Below, in pieces: positions 57,929 through 64,000 of a stretch of DNA of 64,000 nt. The stretch spans positions 741,203-805,202 of the forward strand of contig ML992513.1 in the NCBI GenBank assembly GCA_010093995.1, given 5' to 3'. The stretch is from Elsinoe ampelina. Lineage: Eukaryota. Position 1 is the stretch's first letter, and every line of letters starts with the position of its first letter. The position numbers and the translations under genes are program-made. The notes beneath the pieces are model-generated. The model was given only the letters and a program-made list of their open reading frames with translations. It made no database searches and was not told the origin of the DNA.

Positions 57929-58754
57929 ATTTGTGCTGATCTGTGAAAATGAGGCCAAAGCAAGCTGATCAATGTGGTAGGAAGGGGTTAAACGCGGTTT
58001 GTGTCTTGTGATAAAAGTGAATTGATGCAGGTCTACTCGCAATTTTATATACATGCCTCACTACTCACTAGAGAGTATAGCTTTATGTCTCTGGATGGTG
58101 TTCAGGGGAGCCAAGCAATGATTTCAAAGCATGCCGTCGGGTCGATTAGCAATCAGATGACGGACCGGGGACTGAATCTACATCCCTGATGGCGAAGAAC
58201 GTGACTCCCCGGGTAAGCGGCCTTGTAACGAAACGACATTGCGCGATATATCGAAGAGCAAGGAGAGCAAAAAAGTAACTTTAAGAAGCGAAGAGCGTGA
58301 GAGAAGCGCCCACTGGCAAGGGGAGCTTGAAATCTGATTACCGAGCAACATGGTCATCTTTTCTGGTAAGTACCCTGATTGTGGGACCTCCCACGAGTCA
58401 AGATTAGAGAATAAGGTACCCAAAGAACGCATTTTGCATATTTGTGACCCTCGATAAGTGTCGGTCGAGTCAATCAAAGAAAGTGTAGCATCGGGTCGAG
58501 AAAGGGACAAGCACTCTTGCCGTGTTTCGCTGGCCATGCTTAGTCATCCATCAGTGGTCCTGCGGACATTCGAGGGTTCTTTCAACACGTCCTCCTGTCA
58601 TATAAGCCAGTCTAAGGGTTCTGCCAAAGCTAGCGCTATTGCAGTGACTCTGGAAAGAACACAGAGAGCCATGATTATAAAGAAGTGGGCAGCGGATTGA
58701 GCGGAAGACTATAGCCGCTTTCTGTGATTAATAAAAATGTTATCGACTTCTATG

Positions 58755-60109
58755 TCACTGCTCATGCTCCTCCTCCTCCTCGTGTTCCTCATGCTCCTCG
58801 TGTTCCTCGACTCGTGCACTTTTGACTGCTGCATCGCTTGTGGCATTTTGTTCCGACCCGGGCGGATACAGAAGATCCTGATACTGCCAGTCGAGAACCT
58901 GCTGGTGGTGGGAAATCCAGCTGTGGTCGAGTTCCTCTTTCGCCTTCCTCACAGCGCGAGGTCCAACAAGAGCTCCTAGGCACGCTTCCTTGAGATGAGA
59001 CTTGAGACCTCCCCAGTAATGCTTGACGAATTTGCCACCAGCGGTCTCCTCGAATGGCATTTCGATGATGTTGTCCGCGTATTCATACCTGATGAAGTTG
59101 GAAAGGCCTGATTGCTCACGAAAGTGGTTTGACTTCCAAATCGAACAATTATGAAACTTGACGTCCGTAGGGCAGAGCGACCAGTCTCGCAGCAGATCTT
59201 CAGTGACCGGCGTTTTTTGGGTGATAACGAACCCGGAGTTGAGGTTAGCGTTACCCCTAATGTCTGTAGACTCGACAGGGTCTTTCCCAGCTGCGAGAGC
59301 AGTATTTTCATCGATCCCCCAATGACTGAACAAGGTTACTAGAGGGATCCGCATGTCGGTGAAAATGGTGTCAGCATCGAGAACAAGCACGAACTGATAT
59401 TTGTCCATCATTGTCAGACGGAATTGCTCATAGACTTTTGCCCAGGTGAAATGAAGACCTTCCATCTTGGGGATTGGGACCTGGGAATGTATGTAGGTGT
59501 ATCCGTGCAGTTTGGCGTAGAGTTGATGGTTAAGGAACCCCCAGTGTGAATCTTGCATGTCGTCGATCTGGGTATTCCAAGGATCCCAATGCCGGGTATC
59601 GACGTCGACAATGGCTATACGCTCTTTCAAGGGCGGATATCGTTTCAGGGTAGCAGGATCTAAGCCATACTCGGTGTAGTAGTCGACTGGAGGGAATGAC
59701 CTCAACATATCGAGCGCACTGTCAATTGGCCGGGGATGTCCTTCTCCATTCGCTGATGTATGAGATATGACAGTACTCGGGTGGCCACCTCCACTTTCAG
59801 ACGTGCTGGGCGTACTGCTTGTCGTGACCCGCTGCGTGAGACTGTAAAATCAGCTCTGATCATGACATGGATCGTTCAGCTGACTCACTCATGTGCGACG
59901 TCCGATCTGCCGAGACTAAAGCCCATTGTGAATGCAACCAGGATCACCGCAGCTGATATGACACCAATGCTGGCTGGCCGCGATAGCAAATCCGTCCATG
60001 TCTTTCTTGGTTGCAGGAATTGTGGGAGATCTTCGTACGAGTTGTCGGGGTCGCTTGAGCGCCTCTTTTCATGGCCGGTGAGGCGGGAATATGCCTGCTC
60101 AGGACTCAT
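58755..60109 (-). CDS. GT34-like / nucleotide-diphospho-sugar transferase, type II membrane; 2 exons
   Basis: TM IGVISAAVILVAFTMGFSLG, NHQLYAKLHGYTY, TWAKV, VLDADTIF (DxD), LNSGFVI, EQSG. C-terminal EEH repeats. Confidence 0.82.
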
Positions 60110-60297
60110 TATCGCAGCAATACGCGACTTTGGGAGAAATGATGTTGGGGAGTAGGCGCTCGAGAGACAACTCTTCGCACTTTATAGACTGCATGTTGAT
60201 TCAAGGGATCAGTCCCCTGGTCGCAGCTGAACGAACCGTTCGAACGTTGAGCTTGGTTCGTTATGCAAGTCTCAGGAGATTTTGCCACGGGCAAAGT

Positions 60298-60560
60298 CGC
60301 AATAACGTTAACGAGATTTTTAGGTTGTCAGGTCACACCTCAGAAAGGCAAGAATCGTAGAACTGTTAGCATCTGGTAGGATTGTTAGTACAAATACCAC
60401 TAGATGTGAATAGCAAATCTAAAAGTCTGCTATCTGTATTTAGATACTAAGTTCTGGTAGTTATTGTACTATAACACCTACTAGCCTAGGGTTCCTTAGG
60501 TATAGAGTACGTTTCGAGTTGTGACTAACAACCTAAAAATCTCGTTAAACGTTTATCGCG
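60298..60560. mobile_element. MITE-like element: ~260 bp bounded by ~50-bp imperfect terminal inverted repeats
   Basis: Perfect 21-bp inverted core TTAACGAGATTTTTAGGTTGT (60308-60328) / ACAACCTAAAAATCTCGTTAA (60528-60548), extendable with gaps. AT-rich, TpA-rich interior. Confidence 0.6.
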
Positions 60561-63500
60561 CTTACCTCTCTCCTAGGCACTATCGTGTAGCCGGAGAGTT
60601 CCGCTAAAACAGCTAAAACAGTTAAAACGTTAAAACTGTCAAAACGCTTAAACCTAAAGTTTATTACTACACTACCTTTTTACGTACTAACTACACTACC
60701 TAATACAATAATTACTATTGTAATTAATAGCTCTTATAGCTCTCTATCGATTAATATAAGGTTTATTATCTTACTATATATCTTTATTGTTTTATAGCTT
60801 AGTATTATATAAAAATTAGGTATAGTAGTTCTCTATACCTTTCTTTCTACTATTCTCTAATATACTATACTAGCTTAATATACCTTTATAATCCCTTTTA
60901 ATTAAGGCTAATAGGCCTCTTATTAAGTTCTAAATTATATATAAGTATTATAACTAGCTTAAAGTACTTTAGTAGCTATTAAGGTATAGCTATATACTAT
61001 TACTAAGAATACTCTAGTGCCTCTTATAAGGCTAGTAGATCTCTATATATCTAAGGGCACTAGCAAATTCTAAGCTTCTCTATAGTATAGAGAAGCTATT
61101 CTACCTATATATTAGCTAATAAGAGATACTAGATATACTAAAAGAGTAAGGCTTTAAGATATCTTTAGACGTACTAAAGTACCTATATAAGAAGGTAGGC
61201 CTTATCTATTAGATCGATTATAAAGAGGACAAAATTAAATATAAGCGAATATAGTAGCTATTATAAAGTAAATATAATACTAGTAGTATTAAGGATTAGA
61301 GTCTTAACTATATCTATACTTATATAAGGTAGAAGTATAGAATTATTAAGAGGTATTATATATTTATAATATGTTTACTAGTCTCTTTACTAACTACTAA
61401 CCTAGCTAACGCCTCTATAATATTATAATTACAATTAATCTCTTAGTTTTCTAGACTTATAGTAACTAGTAGCCTATAGATTATAGTATATAAGACGTAC
61501 TAGAGCCTAACTATACCTAGTTAATAGACACCTATTATATATAATAAAGGTAGAATATTAGAGCTAGAAAGACAAGTATATAGAAGTAAAATAGGTATTA
61601 TACTAGTATACTCTCGATTGTTATAAGACTAATCTCTACTCTATCTATTCTATAGGTAAGAAGTGTTTTATTCTTCTATAGAAAATAGTATCTCTAGAGT
61701 AAGCTAGTATAGTATACTTACTATATTAGTTCTTATAATTATTTCTCTTCTTCGAGAGGCGTACCCTTATACCTATAAGCCTTAATAAAACCTAGAAAAC
61801 CTAGTATAGGAGAAAACTAGAAAAGAGCGTCTCGCTAGTACCTCTTAGGCATAGTATACTCTTTATATATATAGTATACCTATAGTAGTCTATACTATTC
61901 TTCGTATACTAGATATAGTAATAATAGTATAATTCTTTATATATAAAATATAGCGCTTTTATATTATTATCTTTATATATAAGAATCTACTTATTGTTAT
62001 ATACTACTACCTATTATTCTCTAGATTAGTTTTAGCTTAGAGCTAGATATATATTCTTCTCTTCTCTTTCTCTTCTTCTTTTCTCCTTTATAATACTTTC
62101 TTTACGTAAGTATCTTACTTAATACTAGCTCTATACTTACGTAGGTCTAATACTATACTAGTAACCTATTTTAGGTGCTATATAGTATAGACTAGGTCTT
62201 ACTAGCCTAAGGGCTAGTAGGGGAAGCTTAGCGTATATACTAAGTCTACGCTACTATAGATCTAGCTATTAAGCTTATCTATTTAGTTGTTTATTTACTA
62301 ACCTAGTATAGTACCTATATAGTAATTTTTTTTCTCTTTATTATTCTAGCTCTATACTAGCTTATCTCCTATACGCTTATATACTTTAACAACTATAGCC
62401 TCTAAAGTTTCTAAGGAGTAAGTATTATATATAGTACTTATACTATACTAGCGCTAACCTTTTATAGACTTTATAAGAGCAATTTTACTAACTAGAACTA
62501 GTACTCTATACTATACTTACGCTACGCTATTGCTATTAATAAGCACCTCTAGCTTAAAGATAGTATACTCTCTATTAAGGATCCTCTCTACTAGATTACT
62601 AAGGCTAAGGCTACCTACTATAATTGTTATAGTTATAGTAATAAACACTACTACTAGGTATACTCTATATCTACGCTATATCTACTTTATACTAACCTTA
62701 GTAGCCTACTAAGCTTAACTCTAAGAATTAAGTTACTACTAAGAAGCTCTAGGATAAATACTTTACTATATATATACTACTCCGTAATAATACTACTACT
62801 CTTAAGAAGAACGTTATTCTCTTAAAGTACTAGATTACTACCTATACTAACTATATATATAAGAAGGCTAGTGCTAAATATATATAGAGTAAGTCTAATA
62901 CTAAGAGTAAGAGTAAGGTAGTTAATAAGAGTAATAGTAATAGTATAACTTCTTTATACTATAATAGCGCTATTACTATACTTTTCGCCCTTAAAGTCGA
63001 TACTAAGTAGCTAGCAAAGGCGCTACGCCTAGGTATAATTAGTAACACTAGCTTTATACTTAAGGCTTTAGCTAATTATATAAGTCTAGAAGTATACCTC
63101 TATAACGCCTAAGCTATACTAACTTTCTTATAGATAGTTACTAAGAATAAGTAAGCTACTACTATATAGGTAATTAACAACGCTATAAGAGCACTAACTA
63201 GGTATACTAATAGTGTTAAGAAGAATAATAAGAATAAGACTAAGGTAAATAATATAGATAATTAATATAAGGAAGGCTAGAGCGCTATACCTATACTATA
63301 CTCTCTTTACTTTAGTATAATTCTATAGTTTTTACTACGCTAGCGTTCTCCCTACGTAAGCTAATAATACTCTAAGCTAACTTAGTACTATACCTAGGTA
63401 CTTTTTACTTTAAAATTTATACCTTTAACTTATTAATCCTAAGTATATCTAGAGTATTTAGCTAGCGCTATACTTACGCTAAGCTACCTCGTATTTATAT

Positions 63501-64000
63501 AGTAATTCCTTAGCATTTATAAGGTTTTTTACTAGCTTCTATATACTTTCTTCTATAGGGTAACTCTACTACTTTACTAGGTAGTATAGCGCCTTTAGGG
63601 TACTAGTATAGCCCTTGCTAAGAATATATTTAATAATATATTCTTCTTACTCTTCTACCTCTAGAGGTAGTAGATATACGCTCTTACTACGCCTATATAG
63701 CTCTAGTAGCGTAATATTAAAGACGTTATAGATTAGCTTTATTTTGTCTAGTAAGTATAGCTTATACGCCTATATACTAATTCGTTATATAATTGTAAAC
63801 GGGCTAATATACTTAGCTAATAGCTTATAGCTAGGTCTAGTACTACGAAGATTCTTAGTGCTAAGTATAACTTTGTTACTATTATAGAAGACTTTTACTT
63901 ATTAATCTCTATTATAGACTAGCGCTTAGTCTTTCTATACTTTATAGAGGTGTTAGGTAAGCTCTATATACATTTTAGTAATAAATTATACTTAGTTATT
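60561..64000. mobile_element. RIP-degraded AT-rich repeat block, family unassigned, runs off the window end
   Basis: Strong TpA excess, near absence of CpA/TpG and no long ORF. Short tandem G[CT]TAAAAC-like units at 60603-60653 resemble subterminal repeats. Confidence 0.8.

Noticed and set aside
58178..58720. Possible decayed gene on the minus strand (several TAG/TAA in a coding-like frame)
   Set aside because: No recognisable family; cannot be supported without a search.
62530..62712. 60-aa hydrophobic ORF in the RIP block
   Set aside because: Typical Ile/Leu/Tyr-rich artefact of RIP-mutated DNA.
60561..64000. Possible Starship captain, RecQ-like helicase or telomeric element
   Set aside because: No diagnostic motif could be recovered by eye and there are no TTAGGG arrays; left unassigned.
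1..64000. tRNA, rRNA or CRISPR features
   Set aside because: None recognised by eye; tRNAscan-SE/Infernal would be needed to exclude small RNAs.

Overview
Eukaryotic genomic DNA from a filamentous ascomycete: short ~45-90 nt spliceosomal introns, fungal gene families and RIP-mutated repeats. A Dothideomycete origin is a guess only. There are about 24 protein-coding loci in four zones. (1) 1-15 kb holds accessory metabolism genes: an MFS permease, a PTH11-like membrane protein, then a Zn2Cys6 TF, DUF3237, amidase, MFS and copper amine oxidase run, and a secreted DUF1996 protein. (2) 16-38.3 kb is the main discovery candidate, a putative glycoprotein/glycan-assembly cluster. Two paralogous secreted Cys/Lys-rich proteins with long Ser/Thr tails bracket a GT43-like glycosyltransferase, a membrane-anchored nucleotide-sugar epimerase fused to a degenerate GT-like domain, an MFS exporter, a GT32 and a GT34. 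A RIP-destroyed Copia LTR element with both LTRs and a CCATT target-site duplication interrupts it. (3) 41-56 kb is housekeeping: LIP2, POP7, MED12, an 8-exon Asterix-family gene missed by the ORF track, UBP3, MGR2 and VPS64. (4) 57-64 kb has an SDR with a premature stop, a second GT34-like gene, a MITE-like inverted-repeat element and a RIP-degraded block running off the end. All calls come from motif recognition by eye; no searches were run.
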